Source of the DNA: Euglena gracilis
Lineage: Eukaryota
Assembly (NCBI GenBank): GCA_039621445.1
Contig: CP154954.1
Span: 12,704,716 to 12,768,715, forward strand
DNA length: 64,000 nucleotides
Direction of reading: 5' to 3'
In this document: piece by piece, positions 37,705-51,234 of the stretch
Layout: each line of letters opens with the position of its first letter
Numbering within the stretch: the stretch's first letter is position 1
Made by a program: the position numbers and the translations under genes
Notes under the pieces: generated by a model
What the model was told of the DNA's origin: nothing
Seen by the model: only the letters and a program-made list of their open reading frames with translations
Databases searched by the model: none

Positions 37705-40700
37705 CTTCTGAATCGGTGTTGCTGGGGGACTACCTTGGGGTGAACCTTACTGACCCGACAGTGTGTGATTGTGGGGAAGTGTGTTGTCAAGTAAGTGTGG
37801 TGCGCGTGTGTTGTCCGTCTGTGTTGCGGTTTCACAACACAGATTTTGTTTGAACAGTTGTAGTTGGTCTGTTTACAGTTTTGGTGCCGTTCCACCAGGA
37901 TGGACAGCGAAGCCGCCTGCAACAGATAGCCAGTCTCCGCCTGCCACCCAGGCCCTCGGCCATGCCACGCCTCTGCCAATCGCGACCCTTTCTTTCGTTC
38001 ATGACCCCTATTCTTTCGACTGTCCCTGGTTTAATGCCAAGGAAATTTCTCAGACATTTTTCAGAGGGGCCTTGGAGTCATATTCCACTCATTGTTTTCC
38101 CAAGGATTTTGTATTTGCCGTCTTCCAGCATACCCCCATCCTCACCAGTTAGCAGTTTCTTGGGTCTGAAACAGCCGAAGAATCAGCACCAGGTTCAGTA
38201 ATGGCTTAGCGCATTTGACGAAATAATGAGAAACATGTTTGTAAAAGTGGTTCATTGTGGCCCACACATCCAGGACCCCCACTCTCAGGAGACGTCGGGT
38301 CGGCTCCTTTTAATTTCTAGTGACGGCCGGTTGGTCGTTAGGGCATTTGTTCTTTAGCGTGTGTCATGTGTGTCAGTGTAAATTTTATGCCGTCATGTGC
38401 ACCATTTCTTTGCATTTCAAAACAGTGCCTGATCTTCACAGTTTTGTTAGTTTTTTCTCAAAAAAAAATGAATTTGAATTCAATGTGTTCAATGTGTACT
38501 TTTAGGCTTGCCAGGAAACCAATTTACAAAAATTTTGTCACGTTGATACCAGGGACTGCGCCAACGGACCTCGTGCCATATGTGTGTGATGACACATCCC
38601 AGCATCTTCCTCTCGGCCTGAGAATGGACCGCGAACTTAAACCCTTGTGTTGTCAGAAAGTTTGTCCCCAAAGACATTGGCTGAGCGATGGATAAGGGGA
38701 GGGTCAGCAAAGAAAAACCTTAAAATGAAAAAAGATTGGCCAATTTTCCTTGGATTTAGGGTGCTTGCATTCAGAGTCACTGCCCCCCTCTCCAGCAGGG
38801 GGGATTACTGATTGGTTTCTTTGAAAAAAAAAACATTGACAGATTCATTGCTGGAAGAGTGGAAGGAACACCCCCAGGGTTGGTCTTAGGCGGCTTATCT
38901 CGCAGTTAAGGAATTTTTTTGTCGGTGTGTTGCAAATGCTCACAACGTTTTCTACAAAAGTCGGCACCGCATCTGGGAAAACAAAAATCTGCTGGTTTCA
39001 CACCTCGCGATACCTGTTTTAACCTGCAAAAAACTTAGTGGGCGGGTGGGGGTTGTGGGGGGTTTATTCCCGTTCTTGTGTGATTTTTTATAATTGCTCT
39101 GAAATCTGCCTTTACTACATTTGGGTCATTTGCACAAAAAAAGAAATGGTAAAAATTCTTTGCACAAAAAGGGGGGGTAAAGGGGGTGAGGGTTGTGCTC
39201 AGCCCCATGGTAGACTGTGTCGTTAGAATGCGGGGGGGGGGGGCATGCTTCAGGTCCATGGAAAACTGGCATCATCACAAATGTAGCCACAAGAGCAACG
39301 AAAGGCTGGCATCTTGGATACACAGAACATATCATTTGACACAACCCAGTGGAAAAATTGGAAACCCGATTCCAGACCTAGGCAACTGGTCGATCACAGA
39401 TGCGCAAATTTAAATTTCCGGAACTCTCGATGTTTTTTGGAGGAAAGATTCATGGGCATTTGCACACCAACCAATTATTACCGAATTATTAGCAAACAAA
39501 TTCCACTCTCAGGTAGTGCATCCCGTTCGGTAGGTTAAGTGCTGTGACAGAAAGTTCGTCTCCGCTCCATGTGCAATTTTTGCATTTTTTATCTCCTACC
39601 GCCAATTGTATTCATGTCGGTTTGCATAAACCGTTAATGTAAACCCTAAAAACAGAGGTGCATTTGCAAGTAACCGTTCTTCGTCGGACATTGCACACTG
39701 TTCTCAGTCACAAACCTTGAACAATTTGACCAGCTGAAAACAAGAAAAAAAGGTAAATGGGGCAAACAAAAAAAACAAGCAGGATGTTTTCCATAATTTC
39801 AGCTGAAGGGATGGATTGCACAAATGTGTTACACTGACCATGTGCACATTTGCACCCCACCATCCATTTGTGTATTTGTGCAAAATGGTCGGTGTGTGCA
39901 TTTGCGCACACCGATCTCCTGTGTGTGTATGCCAAATGGTGTGTGCATTTGCACATATTGACCATTTGTGTATTTTTTTTATTTCAAAAAATAGACCAAT
40001 GTTCGATATGACCAAATTTGTACAACAACCTTCAGTTCATAAGACCTGAAAAATTGATGTACTCATATTTTGGTCCATTAAAAGCAGTAAAGTTACGGAG
40101 ATGTGCTTTTCATGCCACAAGCATAATCTCTCCTGCTACACAAAAAAAATCTACTCTAGCTGCCCATCATCGTCCAAATCATGCGAAACCGTCGGTGTGA
40201 AACCTGTGCGCAGCACCTGGCAAATACAACGTCCGCATAGGTTTACCAGCAGCATCTGCTACCCACCTGCTTACAGACAAGAACACAAATCCGGAGGATT
40301 TGGGTTCTTGTCAATGGAGGTCCTGCAAAAAATTGGCACCCTTTCTGGAAAATTGACCCCCCCCACCCCCCAACCCTCCCTCACCCCTCCCCACTCCCCC
40401 CCCAACTGATGTGTGCGTGGGTGCCATCTTGTTTCAAGGGAGATGGAAAAAATGGTTGAATATTTGGTTGTGCCCGGGGGGGGGAGGGGGGGGGGCTGCG
40501 CCTTGGCTACGCCTGGGGCCTCGGTGGAGGCTACCGGGGGGTTGGTGACAGCCTTGTGGCCGCCATCGCCTGCGATCATGCACTGCGACTGAAAAAAGTC
40601 GCAAAAGAGTTTTTTTTGGGAGATTCAACCAGGCACCCCCCCCACCCCAACCCCTGCACCCACCCTGCTGCATTTGATGATTTTTGGGAAGGAAGGTGAG

Positions 40701-42039
40701 GTGTGTATTCCCCCTGATCCCGTCCTCATGAAATGCAAAAAAAATAGAGATTTCCCCCCCCGGTTTCATTCCCACACAAGAAATAAAAATTTATTTCACC
40801 CTCACATGCTCCACCAGAACATGCCCACACCTCCCCACATACTCCCTCAGAACGAAAGTTGTTTTTGCCCCAAAGCCCGTGCGAGGAAATTTTTGTGGGG
40901 ATGTTGAAGTCGTATTTTTTGAGATCATTTTTCAGTGTCGTTCAAAACCAATTAATTTAATGTAACACTTTTTGATGGATGAATTCAGTTCTACTGCAGC
41001 TTGGCAGATTGTGTTTTGATCGAAAGGTAAGAAACATAAAAGTTCATCTAAAATTCTAGGGAGAATTGGAGAGAGAAAATTGGTGCAGGGTGTGCGTGTG
41101 TGTGTGCGTGTGTATGGTAACATCTATTTGGCCCCCGTGTGAGTGAGTGAGTGAGTGAGTGAGTGAGTGTGTGTGTGTATGTGTGTTCCGGCCTTGTCGT
41201 GAATGCCGGGGAGTTTGTGCCGTGCAGAAAGAAAAAACAGCCGCAAGAAATAAGAAATTCGGCCAAAGCAGGGGAGTAATGGGTCTGTCGCACTTGTGCT
41301 CCCCCTCGATCTCAATATTCTGTGAGTTTTGTGCACCCCAACCAAAATAATTTTATGTGCGAGTTTGCCGCCCGAGTTATTAAAGAAATTTGTACTCCTG
41401 GCATTTCAAGCACCAACCCACCCACTGTTGGAAAGCGACGTCTGATCCAACATGGTTTTGGCCTTTGTATTCTAGTGGTCGGCCATTCCCATGGTTTCCC
41501 TCCTTTTGCCGCATCACAGCCTCGGTAGCCATATAACCACCGTGCAGGCCATGTTTGCCACATTCTTTCCAGGCCACACCTCTTGCAACAGGTTCACATG
41601 TGCTGCTTCTCTTTTCCAATCACTTTCATTTTCCATTACTTTTTCTTGTCTGCCCCCATTCTCTTTCTGATTTCTGATTCTAATTTTTATATATTTTTTA
41701 TTATTTTTTGATTATTTTTAATACCAGAAAATAGGACAACCGCATCAGGATGTGGACTTACACAATTAGTCGGGGCGACTTTCCCCCCACTCCACTCCAC
41801 TTGTGTCAGTACTCCGCATGCCTGAATGGAACAGCGACCCAGCAACGGCGCAAACAAAAAATTTTCTGTTGACAGCAACAGGCAGGCATGGAAAATAAGT
41901 GAAATCACATTTTGACATATTGAATCGCCCCAGGTACTGGAATACTTGGTCAATTTGTTTCAGCGGATAACAAAGTTCTAAAACGAAGTACAACCAATAC
42001 CTGTCGGTCTCTGTCGGCCTCTCTGTCTTGTATATAAAG

Positions 42040-42335
42040 CAGGATTTTTTTTTTTAGTCTGGGACCCCCTCCCCCGGAGGGAGGGGGGGGTAGGGTGGGT
42101 GGGTCCCTTGGACCCCCCTCCCCCCGGGGGGGGGGTGGAGGTAGGGGCTGGCGGGTATATCCTTTTCTGCGCCGAAGGCGCCGAGAATTTTGAAAAAGGT
42201 GCTATTTTTTGCATTTTCGGGCAAAAGTGGGCGGGTCCCCCGGGACCCCCCCCCCTCCCCGGGGGGACCCACCTGGGTGGGTGGGTGCCGACCCCCTGCC
42301 CCGCTCCCCCCTGGTCTTAAAAAAAAAAACCCCTG
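42040..42335. mobile_element. MITE of the 25130-25413 family, no TSD retained
   Basis: caggattttt..tagtc ... ggtcttaaaaaaaaaaacccctg; flanks differ. Confidence 0.7.
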
Positions 42336-43564
42336 CCCGGGGAAAGTACCGGCACCCCCAGCCCAGGACACCGGTACAGGGGTTCCCTGCCCACCCCCTT
42401 GGGGTCCCCCTGGGGGGGAGAGAGGTCTGGGGATCCACTCTTTGGGGGTAATTCTGTGGTTAAAAAAAAGTCGGTGTTTCGTGCCAAAAACGGCCAAAAC
42501 CCAACCTCCAGCAGGGGACCTCAACCTTGTGGGCTCTAAGGGGGGGGGGGGGCTGCGGGAAGGGGGGGGGGCACGGGAAGACCTGGTGGGGATGGTCGGC
42601 CAGATCCAGAGGGTCGACCCCCCCAGCCATCCAAGCCTGTGAAAATTTTGACCTAAATTTTTTCCGCCCGTAATATGGGAAGGCCTGGCTGGTGGGGGGG
42701 GTCGACCACCCCACCCACCACCCATTACCCTTTGGGAGGTAGGGGAAAGGTCAGCGACATAAAATTAAAAAAGAACAACCAAACAACCACAAAATCAGAA
42801 AATGTTTGAAAAGTTATGGATAGGGGGGAAAAAAACATCAAGAATACGCTTAACATCGTCGGTGAGCTTGAAGCAGCAAGGGCCCATAAAGCAGTGTGAA
42901 AGCGGATGATACAACGGAAAGCACCGGTAACCAGTGGGACATAAATGTTTGATACCAAGGAGGCATCAAGAAACTTGATTCTGAAAAATCCAACTCATTT
43001 ACTCAAGCAAGGTGCAACATCAAGTATGGTAGCTCGCTACAACATTTCAAAATGGAGTGAAGAAGGAAAGGGGACAAAAGGTGTTTTGACTCAAACATAT
43101 TGAAATGACTTGTGATTTGTGACAAACTTACAGCTTCTAAATAAAAAGTGTTAAAAAGTACGAAAAAGAAAAATGGGAGGAGAACCAACCAAATAAGCGG
43201 GGGGGATCCCATTGCGATTCAGGGATTCCTAAAAGCCCTGGCACACCCACCAACCCTACCCCTCCTTCTCATCCTTTGTGTCTCATATTCTTTGCTTTCC
43301 TGTCTGTCTGTCTGTCTGCCTGTCTCAGTGACACATTTGCAACACACCCATTGTGCTGGAGCAGCCAGTTCCAGTGGAACAGACCCAGAATCATCCGGAA
43401 TCATTTTCGATGGATGTGTGTAGGCCTTTCCAAATTCACCACTAAAAAGCATTGCAGTTTTCCGGAAGGTCGCCCCGCCCTGTTGCTGCCAGTCAGCCTT
43501 TGTCACAAACAGCCCAGACACTGCAGAACGGGGTCACACAATGGGGGTCACACAGCAATGTTAA

Positions 43565-43976
43565 ACCCACCCCAAATAATACCCCCCCGTTTTTTTATTT
43601 ACAAAAAAACGGGGGGGTATTATTTATTATTTTTTCGCCCGAAGTCCCGGCCCGAGGGGGGGATGTTATTTTTCCAAAAATTTCGAATTTTTCGAAGTCC
43701 CGTAAAACCCAAAATAGCACCCAAAACCCCCCTTTGGGGTCATTTTTTTGCACTTTCTTGTGAAATTTAGCATTTTTTGGAGGTCAGATGATCCAGAAAA
43801 ATCGATTTTTTTTGGTAATTCTTTGTCAGAGATTGCGATTTTTACCTACATTTTTCAGTTCAAAAATCCGGGCCTTCGGCCCGAAACCGGGGGGGGGGGT
43901 ATTATTTCGGTGGCCGAAGTCGGACCCCCTAGGGGGGAGGGGTATTATTTGGGGGGTATTATTTGGGGGGGGGGGG
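43565..43976. mobile_element. TTAA-flanked MITE (piggyBac-like termini)
   Basis: TTAA at 43561-43564 and 43977-43980; TIR (A/C)CCC.CCCCAAATAATACCCCCC. Confidence 0.65.
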
Positions 43977-45519
43977 TTAACCTCACGCTTTCAAAGAAGG
44001 GCCTCCCGGAAGCGTGATGCCCGGAGTGTAGCATTTTTATTTGAAATAAACCCAAGCGAACCAGCCTCTTTTCACCGTTCTTAAATGTATACCTCGCACA
44101 CAAAAGCACATTCATGGAACACAGGCAGAATCGACGTGGTGATATTTGTGAAAGTTGAATGTTGAATGCCGGGCAAAGGTTCCCCCCCCCGAAATTATGA
44201 CATCTTTTTTAGTCCAGAGGAGAATTGACAAGAATGGAAGTCCAGATAGCTCCGGTTTATGTTACAAGAATGAAGATGGGTGCAATGAACCTGATGGGTG
44301 GAATGGAGCAGCAGCACACCACGCTGCAGAACAGTTGCTTGAAGCCCTTTTGCAAACCAACCCACGCTATAATAGAAAAACCCCCCTTCGTTGTAGCTAA
44401 CCTTCAACGTACCCGCCACTGTCAGCCCACAAGACAAGGAGCCTGGCTTCTGATTCTGTAACGTATAATTCATATATGATGTCAATATCCCACATTTAAT
44501 TTGGAGTGGTTTCTTTCTAGTCGTGATTGAATTGAAGCACAGACCAATATTATTAGACCAAAGAATTTTTGCCTTTTCGTTGTATTTTTTCACAAAAAAT
44601 TCAGTGGTGTGTGTCAGGGATTGGTACTCATCGAAACAGACAATTACGGAAGATTACAGATAAGCCCAAAAAGATACATAAAAAACGAACATATGTGTAT
44701 GAATGTCTGCAGATAACTCCAGATAAAGCCAATTTTTTTGGTTGTTGAGGCCATTTTTGGAATTATAGGCCACTTTTCGCTGCTGCATCTGGGTATTTGA
44801 CCACTTTTTGGCTGCTTCTGGCTGCGTTATGGGCTACTTTGACCTCCTTTAGCCCATTTTTTTTTGACACTTTTGGGCATTTCTGACTGCTTTTGGTTGC
44901 CTTTGGTCATTTTTCACTGTTTTGGCCGCTTCCCATTTTTAGCCCGCATTTGGCTTTTGCTGGCTGTTTCTGTCCGCTTTCAGCCATTTTGTGGACATTT
45001 GTATTTTTTTTGACGTTGTTTTTCCTTGACTTTTGTGCCATTTTGGGGGGGGGGGGCTGCTTTGCTGCTTCTGGCTGATTCTAGCTGCTTCTGGCTGGCA
45101 TTTTCAGTGATATTTTCCTTATTGATGTCCAGTCAGCACAGGCATCGTTGCAATTACGAATAATTACGGCTATTTACGGATAACAACAATTGTTGCCCCA
45201 TGCTCTTATATTCATCCTAATGACCACCTCTCAATAGCGATGCAAGGCTTGCAGCCGTCACTCAGTCTCCGCTAAGACCCCGTGCCCTGGTCGCCATTCT
45301 ACTGCCGTGCCCGCGCCAGGTATGCAAGGTGTAAACAGCCTATCGGCTCATGACCCATATCTGTTCACTCCCCTCGTTGTTTGACGAGGTGTCTCTCGCA
45401 TTCTAGGCAGGGCGTCGCTTAAGCCTAAGGGCATCTCATCCCCGGGTGGCATGGTCCACCACCCAGCTGCCTTTTTCAGTCTCGGAACCCCCTATCGAGG
45501 GGTTTGATTTACTTTGCAC

Positions 45520-46653
45520 TTAAGCGGCCTAACTTGCACTTCAGGTTTTGATCTTAAGCGCCTAAGCGCAATGTTGCAATCTTTTTAAACCAGCAGTGAA
45601 ACCCACCCTTTTGACCCTTTGGCCCCACGGAGACCCTCCATGGTGGCAGCTGCATCATTTACCGATGTTGGGACCTGTGGAACAGGCCCAATTTTGGTGT
45701 TTTTCAGCCTGTGCACCATTTCAAAAAAGGATCAAAACCCTGGGTTTTAACTCCGGGACACGAACCAAAACAGTGCCAAAACCCCATTGTGAGTCCCTCT
45801 TTTAAAGCCTGGACTGTGTTCCCAGATGGTGCTACACAGGCCGGGTGAAATTTGACTTTTTTTGTTGTCATTTTAGGCTCTGTGATGTCCGTGAAGGGTC
45901 GCCTGCTGAGGCATCCAGAAGGTGGTCTCTGCACACGCAATGTGAACAGTTGGTGCCACAGATATACAACTTGTAAAATTCTAATGCAGCTGGGCTGTTG
46001 CGCCGATGCGCAATGTTGACCCAATTTCAAGACAATGTGATCGAGAGAAGGCTTCCTTCCACCTGTCCTAAATTTTGTCCTCTGTCCCCTCTGGTGTTCA
46101 TAAACGTGCCCGTTGTGCGGATGCGCAACGAAAACAAATGTTGACACATACGTTGTTATTGCGCACGTGAGCAATGATCCCCCACACGTTGAATTACAAA
46201 AAAAAATATAAAAAAATGTGGTGACACGCAATGTGTTTCTTTTTTGTGATGAAAAACACTGTTGCGCCATGGCTCAACTGCGCAATGGAGTTCCCTTATT
46301 TCACGCTCTGGGTTCATGCACATTGGCTCCGGGAGCCCTGTGCCCGTAGACCGCAGAATTACAAGTCGTTGCTTCCGTCCCCAGTCCCTGGGGGTGTAGG
46401 GACACATTAATTCGGATTGTGCTGAACCTCAGGCCTAGGTGTGCGAAAACAGACCTTTTTGGGACATCGGCGAAATTTTGCAGTCATTTTCAAAGCTAAT
46501 TTTGTACCCAGGCCCTGGGGGTGCAGCAGAACATTAATTCGGACTGTGCTGAACCTCAGTATTCGGTGTACCAAAAGAGACCTTTTTGGGAGACTACGCA
46601 TCGGCGAAATTTTACAGTCATTTTCAAAGCTAAGTGCGAGTTAGGCCGCCTAA
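45520..46653. mobile_element. 1.13-kb non-autonomous TIR element, superfamily unresolved
   Basis: 22-bp TIR TTA(A/G)GCGGCCTAACT(T/C)GCACTT; two ~125-bp subterminal direct repeats (46380-46632); absent at the homologous sites of copies A (~8560) and C (~61285). Confidence 0.82.
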
Positions 46654-48252
46654 ATTGCAGCCCCAGAAGGAAGGCTGGATACGAACGGATTCTTTTGCTT
46701 TTGAGGGACACAAACGGGCCAAATAACGCGCCAAAAATGGGCTGGAAACAGTGCTGGCGATATTTGAGTCGAAAATCTTTTTTTTTTGCATATTTCGCCT
46801 GTTGGTCAAGTATTTTTGCAGTTTCGATTTTTTTCTACCCAGTTTGAACCCAGCAGCCTTTGTCCAGCCAACCCACATTTTCCAGCTGCACCTCCCAGGC
46901 GGGTGGGTCCTCAGGCGACGTCCTGTTTCCAAATTTCTGTTCTTGTAAGTTTCAGCTGCTGTGGCGATGCTTAGGTCTTCCTGCCTGCGATACTCCAACA
47001 TGGCAACTGTCGGAATGCGTCCAACTCCTAGGCGGAGGGGGAGGGCGGATGGCACCACCGGAATGCATCCCTCATCCCAGGGGTCAAATGTGTCTTGTAT
47101 TTGTTATATCATAGGATACACTCAGTCAATGTTCTGATCAGCTTTATTTTTTTCTGATCTGATCATTTTTGCACATTTTTAAACTCTTTCCTTTTTTTGG
47201 GTTTTCACGCCTTTCTGTTTTGCTTCAGAAATCCTGGCACCTTTTTTCCCCTCCGCCCAGGTTCTGGGGGAAAAAGCGTCTGGTGATTGGCTTGATATCA
47301 CAGATCTTTGGAGACGTGTGTATTAGCCACATCCTATTTGCTTTCTCCTCGTTCTTTTGCGCCGCACCGATAATCCGTCACGCCACAGTTTAGGGGGGGG
47401 GGGGCACTCCCCGGCTCCGTCAGCCACACGGGTTTGATGGACCACCGCCTGGCCTTGTGTGTCCACCGCTGGGTTGGCTGCCTTGGAATACCCCTCAAAC
47501 AGTCAAATGCACTCCCCGCTGCCGTCCCAGCGCAGGCGGGCGTCTTGTGGGACCAACACGTTAGTTCCGGTTATGTGACTGACCGTTCTCTACACACCAC
47601 CCATGCCCCCATCGTCAGAAGCACACCAATGTAGCAATGGGCCGCTCTCGGCACACACATTCTTGCCGAAAAAGGCAGCTTTGCTTCTTTGACAAAATGT
47701 AGCTTCGGTGTGTGTTTCTGTGGTCGGCTCGTCAGTTCACAAATCATGCAAATTGAAGACTTTCTGAAAATGAAGATTTGTTGAAATTGATTCAAGAGAA
47801 GGTTATGTGCAACGACCTCCCCCTCTTCTGGTCCGATGCGATCTATTTGGACAGTTTTGGTCATGTATATTTAATTTTTGATTATTTTTTTTTGCTGATG
47901 AAAACAGTAAAATGACGAAACATCCACACAAAACAATTACAACACATTACTCAAAATGTTAAAATGGCAGGAGGTGAAGGATGTGAATTACGGCTCAAAA
48001 TTTCCATTGATGTTGCAAAATGACGAAATTTGTGAAATTTTTCTATGCCCCCTCCACCAGCAGTGTGTTAATTACCAAAACCACAATTTCCGCAATCTTT
48101 TGCGCAACTTTTCCGCAATTCCCGCAATTTTTTTTTTGCCAATTTTCCCGCAATTTTTCCGAAGTCCTCCGATATCAATTCCCCCCTCCTGCGATGGAGC
48201 AGAAATAAGCCCCCTGGTGCGAAACGTTGGGGTGGGTGATTTTTTTATTTTA

Positions 48253-48510
48253 CCCCCCCCCCCCTAGTCGTACGACCACCCCTCATTTACGACCACCCCC
48301 CGGTCACAGGTTGCAGGTCATGGGGTGTTATGACCACCCCCCCCGGTCACAGGTTGCAGGTTACAAAAATTTTAACACCATTTCACCTATGACCGCTCCC
48401 GCATTTACGACCACCCCCCGGTCACAGGTTGCAGGTTATGGGGGTGTTACGACCACCCCCCCCCCCCGGTCACAGGTTGCAGGAACCCGGTCGTACGACT
48501 AGGGGGGGGG
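48253..48510. mobile_element. TA-TSD MITE
   Basis: TA|CCCCCCCCCCCCTAGTCGTACGACC ... GGTCGTACGACTAGGGGGGGGG|TA; empty site ttttaccccaac at ~17192. Confidence 0.88.
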
Positions 48511-49656
48511 TACCAACAATCCCTCATTTCTATCTGGGATGTCTTTGGGCGTAGCTCCGGAGGATTTTTTTCGCATCTTTTGAAACTACCAATGGGGGAT
48601 GTTTGCGGTCCGGACACCCCCTCCCAACATCTGGGGGGGGGTAGCCCACCACGTCACCCCCACGGGGGGGGGGGTCCAGATTCCCCCACCATCTAGCTCA
48701 AAACTGAAAGGCTTTACATCTATACCTGCCTGGGGGTCCCTTCAGCTGGCCACTAGAAAAGGTTCCCGGGGCTACCGAATTCGTGACAAAAGAATGATTA
48801 AGTTAAACAATTCTATCATTTTCTGGAAACGGACCCCTGGGTGTTATTTTTGGGGTGGTGAAGTGTTTGTACAGGGGTGTTCCAGACTACTTCTCCCGTC
48901 TTCAGACTGTTGGGGTCTGGGACCCCCAGGAACCAAAAAAATTTTTGTCCTCCTGCGCTTTCCGCTGGAAATACACACAAACACACAGGAAAACACATTT
49001 TTTGGGCCTCCTTCAAGTCCGAAAATTTTCCGTCCTTTTTTTCCCCCAGGAGAAAGTCCAACCCCCCCCTCCGGGGGTGTCCAGTACCCCCCCCCCTGCC
49101 GCTTGCCCAGGTGGAAATAGGTTTTTGGGGTGGTTTTTTTTTGGCTGGTTTTGTTCAAAAAATGGAAAACGGCCATTTTTAGCAGGTCTTGGCCGGTCAA
49201 TTTTTTTCTGGTGCTTCCCGCTGGTCACTTGTAAAAAAAACACCAGCTAGCCTGCAAGCGGAACCCCCTCGGGGGGGTCCAAGCCAAATTTGGGCTAGCT
49301 GCAGTCGACCACCTCCCAGGGTTGTACTGTGAACCCTCATGAAGAAGCCTGATCACCAGGAATCGGGTTGCATTGTACAAACGGCGTCCAGGCTGGTCGA
49401 CGTTTTCTCAACACGCATCAACCTCCCATCCCCCTGTCCAACGAACATGAATGCTCGTCTCGCTAAATTTTTTTTGTCTCTGACCAGGATTGGGGTCGGC
49501 CAGGTTATGAAGAGAGCAGCCAGTTGGGATGAGTTTTCCAGTTGGGGGACCTGGGGGACCCGGACACCGGACCTCCCAGCAGAGAGGTGTCCAGCTAGTG
49601 ACTTTTCTAGTGGCTAGTTTTCGGACCCCAAGGCAGAGCCTGGATCTGATAATGCA

Positions 49657-49721
<65 letters not shown>

Positions 49722-51234
49722 CCCGCGCGCTCGTTTATGTTTGTGTGTGTTTGTGTGTTTGGTTTTTGATTGCAGATCTTGATTTTTCATTGCAAATTGT
49801 CCCACCATGTTGGTTTTTCACTGGCACTGGATTCGGCTGCATTGGTCCTGCACCTTTACACCTGCAATCTAACCAAGTTTTTCAAAATTCATGTTTGCTC
49901 CACTCTGCTTGCTGGAATATAGTAAGAGAACACTTTCTTCCTTCCCACCTCATTTGTTGCACTGCGACCACTTTGACCGTGCCATGTGTTTAACGGAGGG
50001 TGCTTTGTTTGTGGGTGGATGTGCAGTGTCGACTGAACTGCGCTCGAACCCTGCTGCATGAGTGTATGGGTATTAGCATTGCTATAAAAGCTGACGAACT
50101 GGAAGGCCCGGACCCCTGTTCATTGGGCAAGGGGGTGCAGTTTTTGATCACACTCTCACCAGTGTATTTCATTTTGGTGTCCATTTGGCTTTGGGAGGGG
50201 GAGGTCCATGAAATATAATTGCACAATAAAAATCAACCTGCGTTTCATGGATTTCATGTCCATTTCGCATTCCCCTTTGGAAAGTGGTCAACCACCGATG
50301 GTAGGTCAGGCATGAACCGTCACTGCTTGATGGGACAAGATATCGGAAGACTTGGCACAATGCAGCTTTCGTGGCATGGCCCCCTTCCAACCCATCATGG
50401 AACCATGGCAACCTGCTGAAGCGTCCCCCACCGGCTGCATCATTTGTTGAACACTGGTTGCAGTCTATTTTATTTGAGTTGGATGGGACATTTCCATGGT
50501 CCATCCGAATGAGGATCTTACCTGCAGCTAACCCGCCTCAAATGTTCAAGATGTGCAATGAAAACACGCATTGTTGATATATATGGTGTTATCATTGTGC
50601 AAATGGACGACTTCTGGTGAAAATGGTTGTATCCCCAAAATTTTTCTCCTGAATGGCACCATTTAGCGGGGTTTTTGGGGGGTGGCGGTGTATTATATTT
50701 GGGGGTTTTGCAATGTTGTTGGGTACGACCCCCTGAATTTCTGGGACAAGAAGGGGGTTGGCTTTCAGAAGCAGTGAGTATGACTGATTCAGCCTGCGTC
50801 CATCAACCAATCGCACCCGCCGACACCTAATTGTACAGCTTCCCACGCTTTCCCCTGCTTCGTGCCCAGGCTTCTTCAGCTGTTCTGAAACGCTGAATCG
50901 GTGAGTTAACTTTGAAGTCAAACCTGCTGGGTCACGAGGATCCTGTGGTCATATTTTTTGCATTTGGGAAGTGGGATCGGAAAAAACAGTATTCACCAGA
51001 AGCCCAAAAAACTCTGTTTCTGAAGAAGTCTCTCCCCATTCCTTTGGGAGTCGCTGCCCGGAAGCCGTGTGGCAAGCTTGCTACCATTGAGGTGTGGTGC
51101 GGAAGCTGCAGGGAATCCTGCTCAGTAGTTGACTCCATGGGCTGTTGACCATAGCTGCCTTTGCCTTGCTGGCTCTTGCTAGCTTTTTTTATGGGTTTCC
51201 TCAGTTGTAATCAACCCGTGTGCAAGAAACTAGA

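Noticed and set aside
45905-45970. Minus-strand YICGTNCSHCVCRDH as a piggyBac C-terminal Cys-rich domain
   Set aside because: Spacing does not fit, the frame is bounded by stops, and no DDD core is visible
46380-46632. Direct repeats resembling LTRs or CRISPR repeats
   Set aside because: Two adjacent ~125-bp units within a TIR element; no TG..CA ends, PBS or spacers
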